Shown here: one piece after another, positions 10,597 through 21,868 of the stretch
Position numbering within the stretch: the stretch's first letter is position 1
Layout: every line of letters starts with the position of its first letter
From: Octopus sinensis
Taxonomy: Eukaryota
Assembly: GCF_006345805.1 (NCBI RefSeq)
Contig: NW_021836780.1
Span: forward strand, 1-22,688
Reading direction: 5' to 3'
DNA: 22,688 bases
Position numbers and translations under genes: made by a program
The notes under the pieces: generated by a model
What the model saw: only the letters and a program-made list of their open reading frames with translations
Database searches by the model: none
What the model was told of the DNA's origin: nothing

Positions 10597-10735
10597 AGAT
10601 CTAACATTTGGGTTTGAAAAGAAAAAATCATGCATCGCCATAGATGTTAGCTACTCTACCGGTGTGAATTTATCTTCAAAAATCAGCGAAAAGCAGAATA
10701 TTTATGGAACACTGGCTATGGTTCCTATTTTGCTC
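10597..10735 (+). pseudogene. Fragment of a restriction-like endonuclease (RLE) domain from an R2/R4/NeSL-group non-LTR retrotransposon
   Basis: DLTFGFEKKKSCIAIDVSYSTGVNLSSKISEKQNIYGTL..VPIL resembles the RLE pattern PD..C.IID/EVS...N......EK...Y..L..VPI. Short and degraded. Confidence 0.55.
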
Positions 10736-11007
10736 AGGCAGACTCTCATAACTATTTGACACCAGTTGTCAAGCAGTGGGAACAATGCATACACACACAC
10801 ACACACTCACACACACACACACACACACACCACACATGTAAATGTCGAAGAACAAGAATGAGTGCTCAAAAATGGAGACGAACACCATTCCTCCATGTGA
10901 TGGGCTTGAAAAGTGTTTAGATATTAAGATAGTTTTCTTAACACGAAACCAATGGTAACCTTAATACACACACACACACACAAACACGCACACTCACACA
11001 CATACAT

Positions 11008-11159
11008 ATACGATGGGTTTCTTTCAGTTTCTGTCTACCAAATCCACTCACAAAGCTTTGGTCCGACCGAGTCTATAGCAGAAGATACTATCCAAAGGTG
11101 CCACGCGGTGGGACTGAACCTGTAATCATGTGGTTGCAAAGCAAACACCTTAATCACAG
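11008..11159 (-). mobile_element. tRNA-derived SINE, family A (5' half)
   Basis: Aligns by eye to 13801-13964 (CTTTCAGTTT..CTACCAAATCCACTCACAA..GGGACTGAACC). B-box-like GGTTCAGTCCC on -. Confidence 0.88.
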
Positions 11160-11274
11160 AGAAAGTAGATTGGTGGAATGTTTCTATGGAAACCTCTGTA
11201 AAATACAAGCGTAATTGACCTGGTATGAGGATCTAAGATGGAGAAGAGAAAAATTTTGTACGGTTCTATTTTTC

Positions 11275-11683
11275 TATCTTTTACATGTTTCACTTTCTGG
11301 ATAGCGGTCATACTGGGACACCACCTCGAAAGGTTTTAGTCGATTAATCAACCCAGTATTAATTTTTTTCCTTAAAGTCTGCTACTCATTATATCGATCT
11401 CATTTGCCGAACCACTAGGTTACGGAGACACCGGTTGTCACATGACGGTGGGAAAGAATAGACCGACATTGGTTACCCAACGATGGCAGAGTAGAACTAC
11501 AAACACAGAGTCACACTCATACGTGCGTAGACACACACATTCAACGGACTTCCGCAAGTTTCTCTACACTAAATCCACTTACAAAGCACTGCTCAACCCA
11601 GGGCTATACTAAACAGCATTTACCCAAGTGACGCACGGTGTGACTGAACTTCAGACCATGCGACTGCGAACCAATCTTCTTAC
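11275..11683 (-). mobile_element. tRNA-derived SINE, family A, old diverged near-full copy
   Basis: Colinear blocks shared with 13584-13964: CTTTTAC.TGTTTCA, TTAGTCGA, TTTGCCGAACC, CGGTTGTCA, AAATCCACT, GACTGAAC. Confidence 0.75.
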
Positions 11684-12854
11684 TGTCATATCAAGTTATT
11701 TATCGAACTGTTGTTTAACATAATTTTAGAGATAAAAGCGAAAGACAAGATAAGCGTCGAACAAAGAGAAATCTACGGATACCATACAATACTATACACA
11801 CGCTATACCTCTAATTATGATACCAGCAATTCTTGGGGGCATATGGTTGTGTAACTAATTATTTCATCACCAATCTTGAGAACTTGGGCTTCATGAAATA
11901 AGAAAGGACACGGTTAACTAAGAAATTATAGTTAGAAGCCAATAATGGAACTGTGAAAATATGTGAAACATTCCACAAGTTTAGAATGTATTAGGTACAC
12001 GCACGCACATACATACACACTGACTATATATATATGAACACATACATGCATACATATAATTATGCACGCACACACACACACATATACTCCGATAGTTAGA
12101 ACTAGCTAAGTAAAGTAGGTAAACTTCTCTACTCAGCGCAACATTTCTTCAAAACCTTCATGTACAACAACAACGACAGCTCACACATCGTTTCCCAGTC
12201 AGTTATTTTAATCAACGTCCGTAACCTCGTGACTATCTCGTCTGCTCGACTTTTCTCTTCCTTTACGCTCTTTGACTATCTTCTTTACTTCATTTCGTTT
12301 ATTTCTTTCTTCTTATTTGCTTCTACTTTCTCGATTTTTTTTCCATTTTTCTTTTTTTTTCTCTTTTCTTCTTTCTCTAGATATGTCTACATTCTCAGTG
12401 TTCTTCACCGTCCACCCCACCATCCGTCTTCGTTCCTGTAGGATTTATGATTCTGGTTTTGCTTCCTTTTTTTCACTCAAAACCAGTGGCGACACGTAGA
12501 TAAAATTAGTGGGGCTGCTGCTTCAGAAAAATTTTAGTCGTTGTTTTAATATTGTGTGAAAGGAAACAAACATATAAAAAGAAAATTTATACATAAACTT
12601 GATCAGTTTGCGTTTTAGGCACTGCCGAGTAGTGTGTTTAATTTGTTCACTGAAAACCGCCGCGAATTCCTCCTTGTTTTTCAAAAATTCCCCCTAAATC
12701 ACAAAATAAGGGGGAGGGGGGAAACCTGCCCTTTTTTTTTTTCAAATCCTGGCAGCAACACTGAAGCTGGAAGCAGGATAATAATCTAATTCTACACTTC
12801 ATCACATTCAAGAATATAAACGCGTTTTTAAGCACAACACACACAGAGTCAAAA

Positions 12855-13046
12855 AGCCTCGGGCCGACCAAAGCCTTGTGAGTGGATTTGGTAGACGGAA
12901 ACTGAAAGAAACCCGTCGTATATATGTGTTTGTGCGTCTGTGTTTGTCCCCCCAACATCGCTTGACAACCAATGCTGGTGTGTTTACGTCCCCGTAACTT
13001 AGCAGTCCGGCAATAGAGACCAATAGAATAAGTACTAGGCTTACAA
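12855..13046 (+). mobile_element. SINE family A, internal fragment
   Basis: GGGCCGACCAAAGCCTTGTGAGTGGATTTGGTAGACGGAAACTGAAAGAA matches the reverse complement of the 13810-13860 region. Continues into the 3' module (GATAGAATAAGTACT-like). Confidence 0.92.
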
Positions 13047-13455
13047 GTATCAATATATATCGGAGGGAGACGATAATTAGGCCTTGTCAATGTTGTATAT
13101 TCCCTGTCAACCACAAGCTTAGACGAAATCTGTCGCCACTGATATAGAAAACGGTGAAGAAGCGGACCTTTATTCAGCTGGGCGGCTAATCGCAACATCA
13201 GTTATTGTTAATTCACCGTTTTACTATTTATTAGCGGCAACAAACCTCGTCTGAGTATGTGGCTAGCTGTGAGTACACGTTATTGACAACAATCAGCGAA
13301 GCAGAAATGCGCCTTGCTTTCTCACTTATAGCTTCTGTGACGATTTTCATTTCCCTCACAACACATCCGTAAGAGATATTATCTTCGGACGAATACCGCA
13401 GTAAATTTGACATTCACGATACATTTACATTTAGTTTAATAATTAGTGTGATAGC

Positions 13456-13582
<127 letters not shown>

Positions 13583-13583
13583 G

Positions 13584-13742
13584 CTCTCTTTTACTTGTTT
13601 CAGTCATTTTGACTGCGGCCATGCTGGAGCACCGCCTTTAGTCGAGCAAATCGACCCCGGGACTTATTCTTTGTAAGCCCAGTACTTATTCTATCGGTCT
13701 CTTTTGCCGAACCGCTAGCATCGGTTGTCAAGCAATGCTAGG

Positions 13743-13790
<48 letters not shown>

Positions 13791-13964
13791 CACATACATA
13801 TATACGACAGGCTTCTTTCAGTTTCCGTCTACCAAATCCACTCACAAGGCTTGGTCGGCCCGGGGCTATAGCAGAAGACACTTGCCCAAGATGCCACGCA
13901 GTGGGACTGAACCCGGAACCATTGTTGTTAGCAAGCTACTTACCACACAGCCACTCCTGCGCCT
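13584..13964 (-). mobile_element. tRNA-derived SINE, family A, near full length with internal microsatellite
   Basis: On -: A-box-like TGGCTGTGTGG, B-box-like GGTTCAGTCCC, CTTGGGCAAGTGTCTT block, internal (TA)/(TG) tract, 3' module ending TGACTGAAACAAGTAAAAGAG. Confidence 0.93.
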
Positions 13965-13965
13965 G

Positions 13966-13967
13966 TA

Positions 13968-14056
<89 letters not shown>

Positions 14057-14057
14057 T

Positions 14058-14090
<33 letters not shown>

Positions 14091-14573
14091 TTTTTATATA
14101 TATATTTATATATATTTATATATATATATATAATATTATATATTTATATATATTTATATATATATGTACATATATTATACACATATTATATACACATATA
14201 TATATACACATATATATATACACATATATATATACACATATATATATACATATATATATATACATATATATATATACATATATATATATACATATATATA
14301 TATACATATTATATATACATATATAATATACATATATATTATACATATATATATATACATTATATATATACATATTATATATCATATATATATATATACA
14401 CCATACATATATACGACAGGCTTCTTTCAGTTCCGTCTACCAAATCCACTCACAAGGCATTGGTCGGCCGGGGCTATAGCAGAAGACACTTGCCCAAGAT
14501 GCCACGCAGTGGGACTGAACCCGGAACCATGTGGTTGGTTAGCAAGCTACTTACCACACAGCCACTCCTGCGC

Positions 14574-14620
<47 letters not shown>

Positions 14621-14674
14621 CTATACATATATATTATATATATTATATATATATATATATATACATATATATAT

Positions 14675-14721
<47 letters not shown>

Positions 14722-14764
14722 TATATATATACATATATTATATATATTATATATATAACATATA

Positions 14765-14800
<36 letters not shown>

Positions 14801-14811
14801 ATATATATAAC

Positions 14812-14842
<31 letters not shown>

Positions 14843-15061
14843 CATATATATATATACATATATATATATACATATATATATATATACATATTATATAATT
14901 ATATATATATATACATATATATATATCATAATATATATATATTATATATATATATCATATATATATATATATATATATCTATATACATTATATATATATA
15001 CATATATATATATTACATATTATATATATACATATATATATATATAATATATATATATATC

Positions 15062-15108
<47 letters not shown>

Positions 15109-15168
15109 CAATATATATATAATAATATATATAATATATATATCATATATATATATATATATATATAC

Positions 15169-15205
<37 letters not shown>

Positions 15206-15214
15206 ATATAATAT
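13966..15214. repeat. Long (TA)n/(TACA) microsatellite interrupted by a SINE head
   Basis: Directly visible. Confidence 0.96.
14411..14575 (-). mobile_element. SINE family A 5' half, near-identical duplicate of 13801-13964
   Basis: Differs from the upstream copy essentially only by short indels. Confidence 0.92.
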
Positions 15215-15215
15215 C

Positions 15216-15538
15216 TTTTTTTTACTCGCCGGTTACGACGACGAGGGTCCCAGCTGATACGATCAACGGAACAGCTTGCTCGTGAAATTAACGTGCAAAT
15301 GGCTGAGCATTCCACAGACACGTGTACCCTTAACGTAGTTCTCGGGGGATAATCAGCGTGACACAGAGAGTGACCAGGCTGACCCTTTGAAATACAAGTA
15401 CAACTCATTTTTGCCAGCTGAGTGGACTGGAGCAACGTGAAATAAAGTGTCTTGCTCAAGGACACAACGTGTCGCCGGGAATCGAACTCACAACCTTACG
15501 ATCATGAATGCCCTAACCACTAAGCCACGCGCCCTCAC
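15216..15538 (-). mobile_element. tRNA-derived SINE, family B, full length, CORE-like central block, A8 tail
   Basis: On -: A box TGGCTTAGTGG (15517-15527), B box GTTCGATTC (15479-15487), then TGTGTCCTTGAGCAAGACACTTT..CCACTCAGCTG..AAATGAGT. T8 on + at 15216-15223. Confidence 0.9.
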
Positions 15539-15569
15539 TATATATATATGTATATATATATATATATAT

Positions 15570-16174
15570 ATATTCCATTTTCTCTCTCGTTTGTTCTTTT
15601 ATTTTATTGGTGAGTTTTATGCAACTTATTACTTCCCTTTCCGGTCACGCTCTCTTTTATCTTCTTGTTTTCGTTATTGGCTTGTAGTTCCACAATTTCC
15701 TTCTGTCTGACATTATATCATTCACCTATCACACTCGCTAATTGTATTCTTTCTTCTCTCACTTCCATCATACTTAAAGCTATCTTCTTTCTTCATTTTC
15801 TAACCTTCCTTTTTATTTTTTCCTTGACTTTTCGTTTTCCCTTGTATGTCTGTCTTTCTAAATTTAAAAGTTTCTTTCTTAACTTTCTACCCTCATTTTC
15901 TCTTTCCATTTTTATTCAGTTGTTTCTTTTCCCCTCTCTCGTTTTTCATTACTTTATTCTTATATATCTCCTCCTCTCCTTTTTCATTATACTTTTCAGA
16001 TATCTTCTATCCATTAAACTATCTTATGTCTATCTTTCTATCTTTCCGTCCACCTCTTTCTATTTCCGTTTTCTTCCTTGTTTCCCGCCTTATAATCTTC
16101 GCTTCTGTCTTTCCGCTAACTTCATTGTTTCCATTCCTCACATCATTCTTTCTTTCATTCTTTCTTTCATTGTT

Positions 16175-16209
<35 letters not shown>

Positions 16210-16270
16210 ACTTCCATTCTCACCCTTCCTCTTCAGTTATTTTCTATTTAACTCCATTCCAATTTTTACT
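15570..16270. repeat. T/C-rich low-complexity region including (TTTC)n
   Basis: Composition bias; source of the Phe/Leu/Ser-rich ORFs. Confidence 0.85.
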
Positions 16271-16375
16271 GCCGACAGATAGGTCACCGTTTTAATCCAT
16301 CAAACCCGCAGCCATATTTGGTGCCGTATAGCTTGTACAAGTGTCGACATCTGGTGGCGGAAAAAGAAACAAACG

Positions 16376-16436
16376 TAGATAGATGGATAAATAGATAGAC
16401 AAATAGATAAAGAGATAAACAGATAGACAAAGAAAG

Positions 16437-16500
<64 letters not shown>

Positions 16501-16867
16501 CGATGACAAATGGACAGATAAACCATTAAAGAGAAATAAATACAAAGAAGAGTAACAGATAAATAGGTATAGAAGGTACGGCTTTATATATATTATATAT
16601 ATATATATATATATAATATATTAATTCTATATATATATATATGCTTATTATACATGTATAATGTATATTATATACTGAATGTATGTGTGTGTGTATATAT
16701 ATATATTAATATATATATATGTATATGCATATATATATGTGTATATATATATATATAATATATATTATATATATATATATTATATATGTATATGTATGTA
16801 AACATTTATTTTCAAAGCTGCATTTTTGAAGATACATATATGGACATATATATGTGTGAGTGCGTGG

Positions 16868-16922
<55 letters not shown>

Positions 16923-17449
16923 ATGTATGCTTGTGTGTATGTGTCTACATATACGCACGTATACGTACGTGTATATGCATGTGTCCTTGTACTGATGCCT
17001 ATGCATGTGAGTGTTGCAGTTAGCACAACAGCCAGTTGCCAGCACTGACCCATCAAAAATTTCAGCAAATGAAATATGCAGTGTGTCAGTGCATGGAAGA
17101 TAAGCACACACACACACAAACTGATAAGATATAATATATATATTGTTGCTTGCTTATATAAGAACATATAAATGCCACAGACAAATGCGGCATGCGTATA
17201 CATACAAGCATACATACATGCATGCAAGCATGCATACAGACATATGTACATAGTGCATGTGAGTGTGTGTGTGTGCGTGCGTGTGTGTATGTGTGTGTAC
17301 AAACGCATATATATAGTATATATATATATATATTATATATTATATATATATATATATATTTGATAGATTTATGGACTCAAAGAAAATAAGCATGCATAGA
17401 AATGCATAGTGACAGTCAGTCAGATAGATAGATAGATTGGATAGATAAC

Positions 17450-17529
<80 letters not shown>

Positions 17530-17600
17530 TATGGATAGATGGATAGATAGATAACTAGATAGATAGATAGATAGATAGAGATAGATAGATAGATAGATAT
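16376..17600. repeat. Compound microsatellites: (GATA), (GA)n at 16441-16497, (TA)/(TG), and (GATA)n at ~17422-17600
   Basis: Directly visible, with small unique islands between tracts. Confidence 0.92.
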
Positions 17601-18785
17601 TTTTTTTTTAGCCACACTGGGCTGCACACAGACGGGACAGATTACAAAGTAGTGCTTTTCTTTTTTGGGAGAAAAAAAAAGTGGGGTAGGTTTTCGTTTA
17701 AAATGGATCGTAAAAACGTAAAAAAAAAGCGATCAATAGGGATCGTGTATCACAAAAATATCATGGTGCAAAGTGTAAAGGGGGAAGCAGATAAGGTTTA
17801 TCCGTGGAAGGAAAAGCCTACGGAAAAGACCACAGTAATCGCGGTCAATAGTGTCACATGTTAACATATTTGTTTGCAAGTAAGTAACCCTCCGTTTAAA
17901 ATTTTTCCCGGTTCATAGGATTATGCTCAAGGTGGCTTCGTCATTCATACATGCCATCCTTGCTACATTCACCCATCATTTTTTGAAACATTCGCAAGAC
18001 AGAACTTGCCTCTCTACTCTCACTTTCCTTTTCAAGTGATACTTGAAGAAGTTGATGAAATATTGACTAAAGGGAAAAGTGTTTATCTCTAATCCTTTCA
18101 GACGTGTCCACCAGATACATTCTTTCGCCATAGCCACAAGTATGATGAAAATAACTCTTCCTTCCCGTTTGAGGGAAGGAGGCGTGACAATATTGACGAT
18201 AGACTCGGCTGATAAACCGACCCGTCCCACACGTAACAGCAGTCGTTCGACATAAGCCCACAGGTCGGAAATTGTTGGACACTGCACGAGTGCGTGCAGA
18301 ACGGTTTCGTCGCTCTAACCGCATCTCGAGCAGGTCGGCCCCGTGTTTCTCGTGCCGTGTCTGTAGAGCTTATCCCGAACGGGTAGTGCTCCTCGGTAGC
18401 ACTGCCAGGCCAGAGATCTCTGTCCATGGGCCTTGACCCGAAAGTCGTCCTGAACAGGCGGGTTAGGTATTCCTCGTCGACGTCCAGGTTCGCCCCGAGC
18501 TCGTCGTCGTACCTCCCCTCCACTAATCCCCTATAGAATACTTTGGTTGTGTTGAAGTCGCTCAAAGTCGACCCGGGACGGCATAGTTGCTTGAGAGTAA
18601 CGCGATACTCGCGGTGCCATTCGCCCTTCCCCGACCTCTTTTTGGTCCACGACTGCAGTTCGGTCATGGAGACGAGCTGCGGGAAAGCGTGCCTCACAAA
18701 CGGTGACCACACCTGTTCACCGTCGTCTACGCAAAGCCGGAGATGTTTCAGTCTCAGCGCGTGTCTGCGCATCATCAACCACTGC
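17601..18785 (-). mobile_element. 5'-truncated L1/Tx1-type LINE: ORF2 C-terminus with zf-RVT-like CCHC finger, 3' UTR and poly(A)
   Basis: Minus translation RSLAWQCYRGALPVRDKLYRHG..PTCSRCG*SDETVLHALVQC (stop at 18315-18317, frameshift near 18420). T-run at 17600-17609. TAGATAGATAT at both 17590-17600 and 18786-18796. Confidence 0.88.
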
Positions 18786-18897
18786 TAGATAGATATATTG
18801 AGAGAGAGAAAGAGAGAGAGAGAGAAAGGGGAGATAGGGACCGAGAGGGAGAAAGAGAGATAGACAGATAAACAGGGAAGCAGACTGATTGACTGGC

Positions 18898-18928
<31 letters not shown>

Positions 18929-18959
18929 TATAGATAGATAGATAGATAGATAGATAGAT

Positions 18960-19001
<42 letters not shown>

Positions 19002-19180
19002 CAAATAGCTAGATAAATAGACAGATACAGTCAGACAGATAGATAGCAACATAGATAGATTGACAGAAAGAAAGAAAGAAAGGAAGGAAGATTGATAGAC
19101 AGGTACAGCCAGACAGATAGATCGCTAGCTAGCAACATAGACAGATGGATAGATAGACAGACAGACAGACAGTCAGTCAA
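18786..19180. repeat. (GA)/(GACA)/(GATA) compound microsatellite
   Basis: Directly visible. Confidence 0.93.
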
Positions 19181-19404
19181 ATAGCTAAAGAAACCATACC
19201 GTGCAAAACCGTATACCTCGCACCCATAGACCACTAGAAATGATCCCACAAGAAACTGAGAAGCAATTGTTATATACTGCTTCAAGTAAATCGCCATTTA
19301 TCAGTACCATCTATTCATCAAGTACCACATCTTCTAATCATGTAATTAATCTTGTTTAACACGTGCCAGCCGGTAAAGAAATTGATGAAACCTGTGGGCA
19401 TTAT

Positions 19405-19480
19405 CAAAATTTAACTTAGATCCGTTGAGGAGTCAATGAAATATGCGTCAGTAATGCAACAGGGGTCGATATAATCGACT
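19405..19480 (+). mobile_element. Highly decayed SINE remnant
   Basis: GGGGTCGATATAATCGACT (19462-19480) resembles the GGGGTCGATTTGCTCGACT hairpin in the family A 3' module. Confidence 0.45.
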
Positions 19481-20309
19481 ATTTTCACACCTTCATTTTC
19501 TAACCTCGTCGGATATAATTTGAAAACAAATGGTGGCGAACAGACAAAAAGAACGCCATTGACTTGTTGAGAACTTGTTTCGACTATTTTTTTAATTACA
19601 AGACCAAATTGTACAAGTAGTAAAGTTTGTGGTAATAAAAACTAAATGCTATGAACCACACCCCACACCAAGTTTAATTACCGTATTTCCCGGAGCTGAA
19701 GATGTTAACATTTTGATTTCCTAAAATAAAACTATGAAATTTACTGTGACGTCATAGAGAGTGTTTCTCGTCGAACGAGGAGCTTTAAGGAGAGGCATTT
19801 GAGTATTGAAAACGAGGCAGACAATTTTCCATATTTAATAACATTAAGATGGCGTCTAACTTTTTAAAATCATCCAGCATCATAGTGAATGAAGAAGTAT
19901 TATGATGATGTAAATTGTAATAGAGAGGTGGAGTAAAATAATTCTATTAATATATTTTTTGGTGAAGAAGTTGGGTTTATTTATTTTTAGTTTGAGAACA
20001 GCTGTTCTAATTGACGAGTATTATATTGGGGCTCCGTCAATTAAGGTTGTCAATGTATCTGCTCAAAGTCTAAGCCTAGGAAAGATTTTTTTTTAGGAAG
20101 ACTGACAGTCGTTTTTGCATACAAATCCTCTCTTTGCACGCCACTGATGTTTATCCAAGAAAAGTGTGATGATTTCGGCCAATGCAGCATGACACCAGAA
20201 TCATCACAGGTGTTGCTATCAGAACACAAACAATCGCAGTAGAAACTTCAAGGTATCTAACAAGATTCTTTACTCTAACTAACAGTGTCATTAATCTACC
20301 ATCCTGGTT

Positions 20310-20373
20310 TGGTACTTTTCCACCGACCCAGAAAAGCTGAAATGCAGAGCTGGCGTCGGTAGGACCTGAACTC
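20310..20373 (-). mobile_element. Decayed SINE remnant, family C (Meta-domain-like)
   Basis: GGTACTT..CGACCCAGAAAAGCTGAAA..TGAACTC parallels 22011-22066. Confidence 0.5.
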
Positions 20374-21139
20374 CTTGATTATAGTGTCTTAATGCACCAG
20401 TCTTTACATTGCCAGTAGAAAGAATACTAAAAGCTGTGTAATCGACCTTTGAAAGTATATGTATATCAGCAACTGAGATAGCTCTAATAATAATTTCTTC
20501 CAATTGCTAAATGTCGAATGCCTGAAAACTGTCCTAACTATGGGTCTCGGTGCTGGCTGAAGAGAGGGCGTTTACAGGAAGTGAATACACTGGTCTCCGC
20601 ATGGCGATGTCTTTCATACTTCATCAACAACATTGCTCTGGGATGTAATATGTATACATTTTTAGAGTACTGTTCCTGCAGCATCTCAACTCCTGTATAG
20701 TAAGCTGTTAATAGTGAACATTACTTTTCGCAGTATCAGTTCGATCTAATTGCTGTCGTTTGGATTTGAGTTGGCTGAGTATACCGTGTAAGAAGGAGGG
20801 ACATATCCAGCCAATAGAGGTCGTAGTGTAGGACCTCGAGCTTCATGTAAGAAAAACACGCCAGGAAAAAAACCGTATTAAGATAGTTAAAAATTTTCAT
20901 AAGGTATATGGAAACTGTATGACCAATATATGTGTCATTATTACATTGTAAAATGAAAGAAAATAACAAATGGACTGGATAACATGAATATATAATGTTA
21001 TTAGTTGCTGGTTATGAATTGTTATAAGTACGTTAGGATGAACAAAAATGTTGCTTATTGTTTTTTATCAAGTATAAATACTTGTATGATAAAAAACAAT
21101 AAGCAAAGTCTATGACATTCACAGGACCACCAAGATTGC

Positions 21140-21365
21140 TGGGAGAGAGAGAGAGGGAGAAAGAGAAAGAGAGAGAAGATGAGGAAGATATGAAGAGACA
21201 GTGAGAGATAGGGAGGAAGAGAAAGGAGAAAGAGAGAGAGAGAGGGTGAGGAAGATATGAAGAGAGAGTAAGGGGGAGAGAGAGAAAGAAAGGGAGGGAG
21301 AAAGGGTGAGGAAGATATGAAGAGAGATAGAACATAAGAGAAAGAGGGAAGGAGAGTGAGAGGAA
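21140..21365. repeat. Polypurine (GA-rich) tract with three GAGGAAGATATGAAGAGA copies
   Basis: Copies start at ~21181, 21248 and 21308. Confidence 0.85.
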
Positions 21366-21552
21366 GTTATTTTGAAGTCAGAAGTATGCTTAGAACAAAT
21401 CGAACTCCTGTAAAGGCACTGAAGGAGCCAGGTGAAGGTGTTCAATAGATAAATCAATCAACAAATGGTGAGGAGGGCAAAATAAATTAACATGTTCATA
21501 TAGGTCATGGTGGGATTTGATCGAAGAACACAAAAACTAGAGGAAATATCGC

Positions 21553-21594
21553 CAGCGTTTCGGCTGATAAACTCTCCAGCCTTCTGCAGGTGTC
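21553..21594 (-). ncRNA. Degenerate minimal hammerhead-ribozyme-like motif
   Basis: GACAC-CUGCAGA-A-GGCUG[loop]CAGCC-GAAAC. The core has an A>C change and the 3' strand of stem I is missing. Confidence 0.5.
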
Positions 21595-21662
21595 CTGGAG
21601 AAATTTCGATGTTTATTATTATTATTATTATTATTACTATTATTATTATTATTATTATTATT

Positions 21663-21734
21663 CAGGTCACTGCCTGGAATCGAACTCGGAGTCTTGGGGC
21701 TAGTAGCTCGCGCTCTTAACCACTACGTCATATG
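21663..21734 (-). promoter_or_regulatory. tRNA-derived internal Pol III promoter (SINE-type head)
   Basis: A box TGACGTAGTGG (21720-21730) and B box GTTCGATTCC (21676-21685) at tRNA-like spacing. No good acceptor stem. Confidence 0.8.
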
Positions 21735-21822
21735 ATAACAATAATAACATCGAAATGATAATAACAGTAATAACATCGAAAAATACCTTAGAAATGAGAA
21801 CCAAAATTCTAAATTTCCCCAG

Positions 21823-21868
21823 GATGCCTGAAGAAGGCTGGAGGGTATATTAGCCGAAATGTTGTATT
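21823..21868 (+). ncRNA. Minimal type I hammerhead-ribozyme-like motif (Penelope/retrozyme style)
   Basis: Stem I GAUGC/GUAUU, core CUGAAGA (21828-21834), stem II GGCUG/UAGCC, GAAA (21856-21859), then UGUU with no stem III. Confidence 0.65.

Noticed and set aside
12647-13413. 183-aa and 60-aa minus-strand ORFs as host exons
   Set aside because: The longer one runs through a SINE, and neither shows recognisable homology.
20380-20970. Host exon(s) in unique-looking DNA (acceptor-like TTTTCGCAG at ~20733)
   Set aside because: Short frames with no recognisable protein; cannot be supported without RNA-seq.
21663-21734. Functional tRNA gene (also the heads near 13900 and 15500)
   Set aside because: A and B boxes are present but there is no proper acceptor stem or T-run terminator, and each continues into a repeat body.
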